DNA of 64,000 nucleotides from Candidatus Poriferisocius sp. (GTDB lineage Bacteria; Actinomycetota; Acidimicrobiia; Acidimicrobiales; Bin134): NCBI GenBank assembly GCA_965221865.1, contig OZ244918.1, positions 91,259 to 155,258 of the forward strand, read 5' to 3'. Shown piece by piece: positions 31,618 to 40,402 of this stretch (position 1 is its first letter; each line of letters starts with the position of its first letter). The notes under the pieces were generated by a model. It saw only the letters and a program-made list of their open reading frames with translations, ran no database searches and was not told where the DNA came from. The position numbers and the translations under genes were made by a program.

Positions 31618-32416
31618 AATCGTCTACCCCCAACAAAACCTCTGAGCTATCCGCTTGGCCTATCCACGATATCGCGATGTTCCCAAAGGTAGTGGCCTGA
31701 GATACCTCTACCAAACCTTGTTTGTACAACTCGAGAACAGCTAGGAAGTACACCACCACTTCAACAGTTGTGACAAGGTCTTCTGTGAGTTCACGAAAGC
31801 TTTTAACACCTACAGCTGTCAGACGTTGCGCTAACTCGACAGCGATCTCTTGCACAGTGAACGGAATATCGGCCATATGGGTGATATCCACCTTGGGGGT
31901 TGGCCGTTCGGCAGTTGCACGCAAAAACGCGGCGCGGATGTCATCGGGGAGAACTCTTTCCATAAAATCTGGCACAAGGTTCAAATAACGCTCATCAGGT
32001 CCACAACTGCGGCTAACGCTGCGTCCCGCTAATGCTGCAAGCTGTTCTAGCGACTGCGAAGCTGCTTTGAACGTTTGACACTCCAGCAGCCGTGCTAACA
32101 GCAAATCCCGCTCCGACCATAAAGCCAACTCTTCGTCTAAGTCCAGCGACTCGTCATCAGGCAACAAACGGCTGCTCTTTAACTGCACTAAAGTAGCTGC
32201 AATCAACAAGAACTCTGTAGCAACCTCTAAGTTGAGATTCTCCATTCGTTCTAGCTCCGTCAGGTAGGCATCTACTATGTCGCCCACCTTCACCGCGTAA
32301 AGGTCTACCTCGTCACGCAAAATAAGGTGCAGCAACAAATCTAGCGGCCCTGCAAACACCTCAGTTTGCACTGCAAAAGGCTTGTTGCGTATTCGAGATA
32401 GCGCCGCTGAACTCAC
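31607..32416 (-). CDS. scpA: Segregation and condensation protein ScpA
   Basis: FAGPLDLLLHLI, EFLLIAATL and FLAVLEL. Start placed at GTG 32416, 6 nt after TACACT. Confidence 0.93.
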   Translation of the reverse strand: MSSAALSRIRNKPFAVQTEVFAGPLDLLLHLILRDEVDLYAVKVGDIVDAYLTELERMENLNLEVATEFLLIAATLVQLKSSRLLPDDESLDLDEELALWSERDLLLARLLECQTFKAASQSLEQLAALAGRSVSRSCGPDERYLNLVPDFMERVLPDDIRAAFLRATAERPTPKVDITHMADIPFTVQEIAVELAQRLTAVGVKSFRELTEDLVTTVEVVVYFLAVLELYKQGLVEVSQATTFGNIAISWIGQADSSEVLLGVDDYGG

Positions 32417-32561
32417 AACGCAAGTGTAAAGCACTCTGAGATACCTAGCGTGCCTTATTGCGAGTACTTAATGAGTAATATGGGTTTGTCAGATAACTTT
32501 TATTAGCACTTTGGTAAGCATATGCACTGTTTTCACAAACGTTTCAAGGTATTTTGAGTAA

Positions 32562-33545
32562 GTGGCTCGTTCTTTTTCAGGAATCCAACCCTCTGGGGGC
32601 ATGCATCTAGGCAACTATTTAGGCGCTGTAAGCAACTGGGTAGACCTCCAAGCAGAACATACATGCACCTACTGCGTGGTGGATCTACACGCTCTCACAG
32701 CTGCCCCCAACCCTGGCAACCTGAGAGCTAATACGCTTGTCACTGCAGCAATTTTGATAGCTGCTGGGGTGCAAACCAATGATTCCACTTTGTTTATTCA
32801 AAGTGCTGTTAGCGAACATGCTGAGCTTGCTTGGATGATGGAATGCACCGTTGGTTTTGGGGAACTAAGGCGTATGACACAGTTCAAGGATAAATCCGAT
32901 AAAGCTGAGTTCATCTCAGCGGGGCTCTTCACTTACCCTGCTTTACAAGCTGCCGATATTTTGTTACACGACACCGATCTGGTTCCTGTGGGTGACGATC
33001 AACGACAACATGTAGAGCTATGTAGGGATATTGCTGAGCGATTTAACCATCGCTATGGGGAGACCTTAGTGGTGCCTACCCATGTGATCCCCAAAACAGG
33101 TGCCCGCGTTATGGATTTGCAAAACCCAGCCGCCAAGATGTCCAAGTCGCAGGATTCTCCCGGCACGATAGGTATGTTGGAAGACCCGAAATCGGTGTCG
33201 CATAAGTTCAAAAGAGCAGTAACCGACAGCGACGGCGAGGTGGTATATGATCCTGCTAACAAGCCTGGAGTGTCCAATCTTTTAGGAATACTTGCTGCTG
33301 TAACTAACCGCACACCTGAAACAGTGGCAGAGTCTTACTCTCAGTATGGTCCTTTAAAATCAGACACGGCTGAAGCTGTAATTGAACTCTTAGCACCCAT
33401 ACAGCACCACTACCAAGAACTCATTGCGGACCCTCAACATATTGAAAGCCTGCTTGCTAAAGGAGCTGAAAAAGCTCGAATTGTGGCAGCTGCTACTTTG
33501 CAACGAGCGCAAGAAAACGCAGGTCTGCGCCCCCGCTATTGGTAA
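32562..33545 (+). CDS. trpS: Tryptophan--tRNA ligase
   Basis: SGIQPSG, HLGN, YPALQAADIL, VPVGDDQ and KMSKS. Confidence 0.97.
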   Translation: MARSFSGIQPSGGMHLGNYLGAVSNWVDLQAEHTCTYCVVDLHALTAAPNPGNLRANTLVTAAILIAAGVQTNDSTLFIQSAVSEHAELAWMMECTVGFGELRRMTQFKDKSDKAEFISAGLFTYPALQAADILLHDTDLVPVGDDQRQHVELCRDIAERFNHRYGETLVVPTHVIPKTGARVMDLQNPAAKMSKSQDSPGTIGMLEDPKSVSHKFKRAVTDSDGEVVYDPANKPGVSNLLGILAAVTNRTPETVAESYSQYGPLKSDTAEAVIELLAPIQHHYQELIADPQHIESLLAKGAEKARIVAAATLQRAQENAGLRPRYW

Positions 33546-33566
33546 AGGTGCCACAATGAATCAACA

Positions 33567-33616
33567 AGTATGCCTAGCCAAATATGCCTAAGCAATACGC
33601 CTAGGCAATATGGCCA
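33567..33616 (+). repeat. Degenerate ~13-bp tandem repeat, about 3.5 copies
   Basis: AGTATGCCTAGCCA / AATATGCCTAAGC / AATACGCCTAGGC / AATATGGCCA in the trpS-murT gap. Confidence 0.7.
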
Positions 33617-33638
33617 CCAAAGTAGATTATAAGTAAAA

Positions 33639-35102
33639 GTGCAGTTCGTTCCTGAATCTCTAGCTAGCAGTGCTGCTAAAAGCGCAAGCCATCTATCTAA
33701 AAAACTAAAATTAGGTGGAGGCACCACCATTGGTGGTCTGGTGTTGAACCATCTGCGCCCCTCAGCTACCGCTGAAATGGCTCAAGCTATGACAAACGGG
33801 GTTATTTTGGTATCGGGAACTAACGGGAAAACCACCACAACTCGACTTATTCGAGCAGCTTTAGATGCCAGCGGACACAATGTTGTGTCCAACACTGCGG
33901 GTTCTAACCTAGAACGGGGAGTAACCACCGCCCTATTGCATACAGATGCAGCTGATATAGGGTTGTTTGAAGTAGACGAAGCAGCCTTAGCGGGGCTTAG
34001 TAGCAAAACTAAGCCTAAAGTGGTGGTGCTGCTGAACCTGTTTAGAGATCAGCTAGACCGCTACGGCGAGTTAGAACACTTGGTGGAACTTTGGCGAGAA
34101 TCCGTATCAGCTTTGCCTTGTGAAACCACTTTGGTTTACAACGCCGACGATCCTGGGCTTGCATATATTGCTGCGAACCATGAGCGTAACATCACGTTTG
34201 GAATAGACGATCCCAGGCTAAACAGGTCTTATTTGCCACATGCTGTGGACTCGACACGCTGTCGTGGGTGTAGAGCCGCTCAACAAAACCACGCGACAAC
34301 ATGTACCCCCAACACAGATAGCACCACTGGGGTGCTGTCTGAAAATGTTGCTTATAACTCCGACTTTGCATACGACATTTTGACTATTGCCCATTTGGGA
34401 CGCTGGTCTTGTGTACGTTGTCAACAAAAACGGCCGCAACTCGCTATTGCCGCCACCAAAGTTGAGCTGCACGGACTAAGCGGCCAGCGTCTAGCAATAT
34501 CTACACCACAAGGTCCTACCGAAGTATCGCTACGTTTGCCGGGTCTGCACAACTCTTACAACGCTTTAGCTGCTGTTGGGTGTGCAGTAGCACTAGCTTT
34601 AAATCCTATAGACGTGGGAGCAGCTCTAGCTAAAAGACAAGCTGCGTTTGGCCGAGCCGAGCGCATCACCATAAACAGCACTTGTGTGACCACGCTGTTA
34701 GCTAAAAACCCGACAGGAGCTAACGAGAACATTCACACATTATTATTGCAAGACCAACGTTTGCATCTGTTGTTGTTGCTAAACGACCGCACTGCCGATG
34801 GCCAAGATATATCTTGGATTTGGGATGTGGACTATGAGCTGTTATTAGCAAACAACCGCCTAGGCACGCTCACCATAGGTGGCGACCGCGCCTACGATAT
34901 GGCACTGCGCTTCCGCTACGGCGGGGTGGATGCTAACCAAATGCGTGTGATCTCAAAAGTGGCTGATGCTTTTGATGCTGCACTAACCGCAGCGGGAGCA
35001 AACAGCAACCTTTACGTGCTCCCCACCTACACCGCTTTATTGGAGTTGCAAGAGCTACTCACCAAACGAGGTGTCACCCCACCATACTGGGAGGACAGTT
35101 GA
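33639..35102 (+). CDS. murT: Lipid II isoglutaminyl synthase subunit MurT (Mur ligase + DUF1727)
   Basis: SGTNGKTTT, FEVDE, NLFRDQLDRYGE, CxxC..CxxC, LAKNP and DGQDISWIWDVD. Confidence 0.92.
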   Translation: MQFVPESLASSAAKSASHLSKKLKLGGGTTIGGLVLNHLRPSATAEMAQAMTNGVILVSGTNGKTTTTRLIRAALDASGHNVVSNTAGSNLERGVTTALLHTDAADIGLFEVDEAALAGLSSKTKPKVVVLLNLFRDQLDRYGELEHLVELWRESVSALPCETTLVYNADDPGLAYIAANHERNITFGIDDPRLNRSYLPHAVDSTRCRGCRAAQQNHATTCTPNTDSTTGVLSENVAYNSDFAYDILTIAHLGRWSCVRCQQKRPQLAIAATKVELHGLSGQRLAISTPQGPTEVSLRLPGLHNSYNALAAVGCAVALALNPIDVGAALAKRQAAFGRAERITINSTCVTTLLAKNPTGANENIHTLLLQDQRLHLLLLLNDRTADGQDISWIWDVDYELLLANNRLGTLTIGGDRAYDMALRFRYGGVDANQMRVISKVADAFDAALTAAGANSNLYVLPTYTALLELQELLTKRGVTPPYWEDS

Positions 35103-35890
35103 GCCCTGCCAACTCAAACTTAGCCAACAGAATCGCAGAGCCATTGCAGGTTGATACTGTGCCAATCAAAGTTTGCCACCTATATCCCCAGCACATGAAT
35201 ATTTATGCTGATAGAGGCAACATTGCTGTGTTGCGCAAACGTTTGGCGTGGCGTGGGCTGCACATGGAGATAAGCGAAGTTGGATTTGGTGAAACGATTC
35301 CTAAAGACTGCAGCCTCTACTACCTCGGTGGTGGCCAAGACAGCGACCAGCTTTTGGTGGCAAAAGACCTCTTAGATACGGCCGATTCTTTGCGCGACGC
35401 TGCAGCCAAAGGTTCAGTGGTGCTTGGTGTGTGTGGTGGATACCAACTCTTGGGACATAGCTATATCACAACTGCTGGACAGCGTGTGGCTGGCATTGGC
35501 CTTTTGGATGTCGAAACCACAGCAGCCAAGAGCCGTTTAGTTGGAGATGTAGTAGTCGAAGTCACCTTAGCTGGGCAAACACAAACAGTGGTGGGTTACG
35601 AAAACCATGCTGGTCGTAGTTATTTGGGGGCAAGCTGCACTCCGTTTGGACGTTTACATGTTGGCCATGGCAACAACGGCTACGACGGGTGTGAGGGGGC
35701 AGTCGCCGGAACAACTTTGGGAACTTACCTGCACGGCCCTTTGCTACCTAAAAACCCGTGGCTGGCCGATACTGTGTTGGCTTGGATGCTGCACCATGCT
35801 GATGTAGCAACTCATATTCAGCCTATAGACGACCAATTAGAACATGCCGCACATACAGTGGCAAAAAATAGAGCGGGACAAAAAAGATGA
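35099..35890 (+). CDS. gatD: CobQ-like glutamine amidotransferase GatD
   Basis: YADRGN, GGGQD, VCGGYQLLG, GYENH and YLHGPLLPKNP. Confidence 0.92.
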   Translation: MSPANSNLANRIAEPLQVDTVPIKVCHLYPQHMNIYADRGNIAVLRKRLAWRGLHMEISEVGFGETIPKDCSLYYLGGGQDSDQLLVAKDLLDTADSLRDAAAKGSVVLGVCGGYQLLGHSYITTAGQRVAGIGLLDVETTAAKSRLVGDVVVEVTLAGQTQTVVGYENHAGRSYLGASCTPFGRLHVGHGNNGYDGCEGAVAGTTLGTYLHGPLLPKNPWLADTVLAWMLHHADVATHIQPIDDQLEHAAHTVAKNRAGQKR

Positions 35891-36861
35891 GCATTACTGC
35901 AAACACCGATTCAATATCGAGCCAACCTCGTCCGATCATCATCGATACCGACCCTGGTCAAGACGATGCTTTAGCAATTTTGGCGGCTCTCGCAGCACCT
36001 GAGTTAGAGGTTCTGGGGATAACTGCTGTAGCGGGTAATGTTCCGCTAGCGCTGACTTCTATAAATGCTCTTAAAATATGCGAGCTAGCAGGGCGTTTAG
36101 ATGTGCCTGTGTTCGCTGGTTGTGAAAGTCCTTTACAACGCTCTTTGGTTACTGCTGAAAATGTGCATGGACAAACTGGAATCGACGGAGCCGACCTTGC
36201 AGAACCTAAAGGCTCTCTGCAACTACAAAACGCAGTGGATTGGATAGCTGACATTCTCGCTGCTTCTCAAGAAAAAGAAATTACGATATGTCCGGTTGGC
36301 CCCATGACCAATATTGCGAGCGTTTTACAAAACCACCCCGAGTTGTCCCGTAATATCCGTGAGATTGTTTGTATGGGGGGAGGTTTCTTTGCAGGTGGGA
36401 ACACAACACCGGTGGCAGAGTTCAACGTGTTTGTAGATCCTGAAGCGGCCCAAACAGTGCTGCACTGCGGAGCGCCGGTGACCATGTTGCCTTTAGATAC
36501 AACGCACAAAGCCTTAATGTCACGCGAATGGATTCAACAGTTACGTGAATTGGGCACACACACCGCTAAGGCTTGCGCAGGCATGCTGGAGTTTTATGAA
36601 CGTTTTGATGTAGAAAAATACGGTACCTTCGGTGGGCCACTGCATGACCCCCACGTAATCGCCTACCTTTTATGCCCTGAGCTATACAAAGGACGGCACT
36701 GCAACATAGAAGTCGAAACCCAATCGCCTCTCACCACTGGAATGACGGTTGTAGACTGGTGGGGTGTAAGCGGCCGTAAGGCTAACTGCCAGTACATTAC
36801 TGAAGTCAACTCAGATGGCTTCTATGGCTTGCTGCTAAACTTATTAGCCCGTCTGCGCTAG
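35887..36861 (+). CDS. Inosine/uridine-preferring nucleoside hydrolase
   Basis: DTDPGQDDA, AEFNVFVDPEAA and LHDP. Confidence 0.93.
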   Translation: MSITANTDSISSQPRPIIIDTDPGQDDALAILAALAAPELEVLGITAVAGNVPLALTSINALKICELAGRLDVPVFAGCESPLQRSLVTAENVHGQTGIDGADLAEPKGSLQLQNAVDWIADILAASQEKEITICPVGPMTNIASVLQNHPELSRNIREIVCMGGGFFAGGNTTPVAEFNVFVDPEAAQTVLHCGAPVTMLPLDTTHKALMSREWIQQLRELGTHTAKACAGMLEFYERFDVEKYGTFGGPLHDPHVIAYLLCPELYKGRHCNIEVETQSPLTTGMTVVDWWGVSGRKANCQYITEVNSDGFYGLLLNLLARLR

Positions 36862-36929
36862 CGCGAACCCAACCTATCCTTCAATCCTGAACACACACGA
36901 GCCCTAAAACCCCAGAATGTCAGTTACCT

Positions 36930-37580
36930 ATGTCTAGTGTTGTCACCTTCTTTGTTTTTTTGCTTATCATGTTGGCTTTAGCTGCCCTTGCCATCATCTT
37001 GGACTGGATGGGCAAACCCATACGCCGCAGTTTTCGGCCGCGCACATCTGGCACACCAGCGTGGCTAATCCCAGAACAACCAATCACACGCACTCCAAAT
37101 GCTGTGCAAGCTATTGCTGATGCAAGCCCACAACCTGACACAACTACACTCTCTAAGCTGCCTGCAGCTACGCTCGCCCAACAGGTAAACACTACAATCG
37201 CTCCCCCACCATCTCCACAAAATGAAACTGTTCCTGAAACAAGTACTTATGCGGCTGCTGAGGTGGCTGTTTTACAAAGGCCGTGGCAGCCGGGTGATTC
37301 TGTTTTTAGGCTCACCCCACGGGGCACACCGCCCTCTGTTGCTACAGTACGCAGACGGTATTGGAAAAACCTATCGGAACGACCTTCAGCAGTATTGTTC
37401 GGTGCAGAAAATAAAGCGCTCATGTCTATCGGGCAAGCTCCGCAAAGGTTTAACCCGCGCACCGAAAGCCGCGAAGAATTGCAGTTACCTGAAGAGATGC
37501 TGCGCTTTTGCTGGGCTACTAAACGCAGACCTACCCCAACATGGGGCGATCAAGGTTTCGATCCCTACGCCCGTCCATGA
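36930..37580 (+). CDS. Membrane-anchored protein with a C-terminal domain resembling a degenerate HNH/EndoVII toxin nuclease
   Basis: N-terminal TM helix, P/T/A-rich linker, then WQPGD..LTPRGTPPSVATVRRRYWKN..ENKALMSIGQAPQRFNPRT..DPY. The family assignment is from motif recall only. Confidence 0.6.
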   Translation: MSSVVTFFVFLLIMLALAALAIILDWMGKPIRRSFRPRTSGTPAWLIPEQPITRTPNAVQAIADASPQPDTTTLSKLPAATLAQQVNTTIAPPPSPQNETVPETSTYAAAEVAVLQRPWQPGDSVFRLTPRGTPPSVATVRRRYWKNLSERPSAVLFGAENKALMSIGQAPQRFNPRTESREELQLPEEMLRFCWATKRRPTPTWGDQGFDPYARP

Positions 37581-38035
37581 GTGACCTTCAAACCTTTAGC
37601 AACCGCTTCGCCGACGGTGTGAACAGTATTCGGTATCACAGACACGAGGTGCGCCCGCTGTTGTTATTAGCTGTAGATGCAAACAGCAGAATCAAAGTGA
37701 AGCGCATCGCGGCGCGCACAGATAGACGTCAAGCCATCAAATTAGCTGCCGTCAATGGCACTTTAGAGGCTGCCGGGGTTACCTCTGAGGTTATTTCTTT
37801 ATGGTCAGATACAAGTCCCGAAACTGTTGAGTTGCTAGTACATGGTTCGCAAGTGCGACGTGTGGAGGTTTGGAATGCGTGGGATTTAGGAGGCTTGGAA
37901 ACAGCTTGGTTAGGCAACGCTGGCATCATCTTGGAATCAGCAGAGAAACATCTCACCTTACATTGCAGCGATGGCATTGGCGAGCCCAGCTTCAGCGACT
38001 TAGCTGTGAGAATTGCTGTTGCCAACGCCCCGTAA
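37577..38035 (+). CDS. Hypothetical protein translationally coupled to the preceding gene
   Basis: In-frame ATG at 37577 overlaps the upstream TGA (ATGA); 152 aa; no motif recognised. Confidence 0.65.
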   Translation: MSDLQTFSNRFADGVNSIRYHRHEVRPLLLLAVDANSRIKVKRIAARTDRRQAIKLAAVNGTLEAAGVTSEVISLWSDTSPETVELLVHGSQVRRVEVWNAWDLGGLETAWLGNAGIILESAEKHLTLHCSDGIGEPSFSDLAVRIAVANAP

Positions 38036-38039
38036 AAGC

Positions 38040-38114
38040 TGGCTCGGGAGGGAGGACTTGAACCCCCAATATCGGGACCAGAACCCGGTGTGTTGCCAAT
38101 TACACCACTCCCGA
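38040..38114 (-). tRNA. tRNA-Gln(CTG)
   Basis: Reverse complement is TCGGGAGTGGTGTAATTGGCAACACACCGGG-TTCTGGT-CCCGATATTGGGGGTTCAAGTCCTCCCTCCCGAGCCA. Confidence 0.96.
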
Positions 38115-38165
38115 ATGCAACAGTCATTGTACTGTTTTCCGCCACGCTTTTAATATAAATATCTC

Positions 38166-39479
38166 ATGCAAATCACAAACAACAGACGTAAACCGTTCAG
38201 CTTTGTTGTGTGGGCAGTAGCGGCGAGTTTTTTGCTGTTGCTGCTTACAGTATCGGTTACGGGCGCGCAGAATGTCACAAAAAGCGACTTTAGCAACGCT
38301 GACATTGCAGAACGTGACAACCTGATAGCAGCTCAGGAAACCTTGCTCAACGTTTTCAGATGCCAGTTTGGTGTCGATACCGAAGCTGTGTCTGGTGGCT
38401 GCGCTGATATATCTTTCGGCTACAGGTTCTTTTTAGGAGACAAATTTGAGGGGATTCCCTCTGCTGGTGACATCACCGTTCGGGATCGGTTAATCGCAGC
38501 ACAAGAAACATTACTCAACACTTACCGCTGCCGCTACGGGATTGATGTTAGCGCTGTTTCAGGTGGCTGTGAACAATTTAGCTCTGTCAACCAAACTGCT
38601 TTTGCTGCAAAACGTCTTTATTCAGCTACAGAAGCTATCGCTGCGGGGGGACTTCCTAAAGGGCTTGTTACTGCAAACGGCATACCCGTTGCAGTGACAG
38701 GGCACGACGGTCACCGCTATAAGGTGATCACCCCGTGCGGCAACTATGCCACCGTAAGCAAAGGTCAGCCTCTGCGTAATGTGAGGGTAGTAATCGATCC
38801 CGGCCACGGAGGTAATTTCGACATAGGTGCTGTTGGTCCCAATGGATTAGCAGAAAAAACTCTGAACTTGACGCTCAGTCAAGCTGTTCTGAGCGAACTG
38901 TCTAGTCGTGGCATCACAGCAACCACAACTAGGACTAGAGACTATGACAGCTTGTTATCGGTTCGAGCTGGATTGGCTAACGCGTTGAATGCCGAGGTCT
39001 TGGTATCTATTCACCATAATGGCCCCGCCCAACCTACAGGATTAGTACCTGGAAGCGAAGTGTTTGTGCAATCGGAGTCGCAGCAATCTGCCCGTGCGGA
39101 CTCGGCTCGCCTTGGGGGTCTGCTTTACACCGAGATCACAAGAGCTCTTAGCCAATTCAAGCACGTGAGATGGAGTCGGCTTTCTGACGCAGGTGTGCTA
39201 AGGGTGCTGCTACCCAACGGGCGCGATGGCTATGGAATGATCCGACGCCCCACAGTGCCTGCGGTGTTAGTGGAATATGGGTATCTAGCTAACCCATCTG
39301 AAGCCGCTCTTTTTGCCACTGATGCCTACATCAACACTGCGACCAAAGCTACCGCTAACGCTATTGAGGCTTACCTAAACACCAATCGTTCAAGCACCAG
39401 TTCAAACTTAAGAGCACAACCCCGTGTATTCACACCCGCTAGAGCACCTTCGCAATGCACAGAAGTAGACTTAGAATAA
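38166..39479 (+). CDS. Secreted N-acetylmuramoyl-L-alanine amidase (Amidase_3) with duplicated N-terminal module
   Basis: Signal peptide and zinc-amidase motifs VVIDPGHGG, EKTLNL, SIHHN and VLVEYGYLAN. Confidence 0.9.
   Translation: MQITNNRRKPFSFVVWAVAASFLLLLLTVSVTGAQNVTKSDFSNADIAERDNLIAAQETLLNVFRCQFGVDTEAVSGGCADISFGYRFFLGDKFEGIPSAGDITVRDRLIAAQETLLNTYRCRYGIDVSAVSGGCEQFSSVNQTAFAAKRLYSATEAIAAGGLPKGLVTANGIPVAVTGHDGHRYKVITPCGNYATVSKGQPLRNVRVVIDPGHGGNFDIGAVGPNGLAEKTLNLTLSQAVLSELSSRGITATTTRTRDYDSLLSVRAGLANALNAEVLVSIHHNGPAQPTGLVPGSEVFVQSESQQSARADSARLGGLLYTEITRALSQFKHVRWSRLSDAGVLRVLLPNGRDGYGMIRRPTVPAVLVEYGYLANPSEAALFATDAYINTATKATANAIEAYLNTNRSSTSSNLRAQPRVFTPARAPSQCTEVDLE
38301..38570 (+). repeat. Two copies of a 34-aa coding repeat (38301-38402, 38469-38570)
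   Basis: DIAERDNLIAAQETLLNVFRCQFGVDTEAVSGGC versus DITVRDRLIAAQETLLNTYRCRYGIDVSAVSGGC. Confidence 0.92.
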
Positions 39480-39662
39480 TTTTGTTTTTGCCTAGCTGAT
39501 TTCCGAGTTTTTTAAGGGCTGGGGTTGTGGTGGTGTTTGTGGAGTTTGCGGGGCATGCTGTTAATTTGAGTTTTTGATGGTTGCTGCCCGTACTTTTCCA
39601 ATGTTGAGTACGGGTGTATTACTGACATAGAGGAAACATTTCGCGCATTTCTTGAAAAAAAG

Positions 39663-40355
39663 TTGGCACTCGGCGAGAATCGAGTAAAAGTTGTTGAAGC
39701 AACACATGACGCTAAACGTCGTAGAGAAACCACACTCAAGCAGATTGCATCTGTATGGGAAAACCTTGCCAGCGAACCGGTCAACGATATTCTTGTGGAC
39801 TTACTCTCAGAAGAGATGGTTCTCCTCACAGGACACAACCCCAACAAAGAAGACGTCCACTATTTTATATCTAAGTGTCTCACATTAAACTTGGAAACAA
39901 CGCAAAAGCGCCATGTCAACACTAAAACACACAAGAAAAGGCGTAATGACTGGGAAATATCAAAAGCTGTCCTGCTAGGTGAGACTCTCGACAGAACAAG
40001 CGTCTCACAAACATACCAAGATGTGTTTGTGAGACTATCCCAACTCTACCCACAGTTTTGTCAAGAATTTGCAGATCATCTAGATGCCTCATTCCGTAGT
40101 GGACGTAAACTGCTGAGCAAAAACAAAACCGAAGTTACTGCCAACCAGAAATGGAGAAACACTGTTCAGCTGCCCAACGGTTACTGGCTGCTTGTTCATT
40201 CCAACACGTGCGATAAGTGTCGCTGGATGAGCTTAGCGTGCCATGTCGCTGGTATTAGATGGCAAGAAGACCTTATTATTGAGTTCTTTAATCGTGACGG
40301 TGAAACCGCTGAAGATGCATTCTTACATAAAATCCCTACAACATGGAATAGCTAA
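39663..40355 (+). CDS. Hypothetical protein, possibly the 5'-truncated C-terminal part of an HsdR_N-type restriction-like protein
   Basis: Weak TTG start; the frame is open back to 39570 with no start codon. WENLASEP..ILVDLLSEE...TGHNP and LPNGYWLLVHSN segments recall such proteins. Confidence 0.5.
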   Translation: MALGENRVKVVEATHDAKRRRETTLKQIASVWENLASEPVNDILVDLLSEEMVLLTGHNPNKEDVHYFISKCLTLNLETTQKRHVNTKTHKKRRNDWEISKAVLLGETLDRTSVSQTYQDVFVRLSQLYPQFCQEFADHLDASFRSGRKLLSKNKTEVTANQKWRNTVQLPNGYWLLVHSNTCDKCRWMSLACHVAGIRWQEDLIIEFFNRDGETAEDAFLHKIPTTWNS

Positions 40356-40402
40356 ATACTGTAAGCAATAGTCACACCAAAGCTGCTGTACTTACCTCAA
40401 AA

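Noticed and set aside
38072-38088. C-A mismatch at the top of the tRNA-Gln anticodon stem
   Set aside because: A single 27-43 mismatch is tolerated and the rest of the cloverleaf and CCA are intact, so it is not called a pseudogene.
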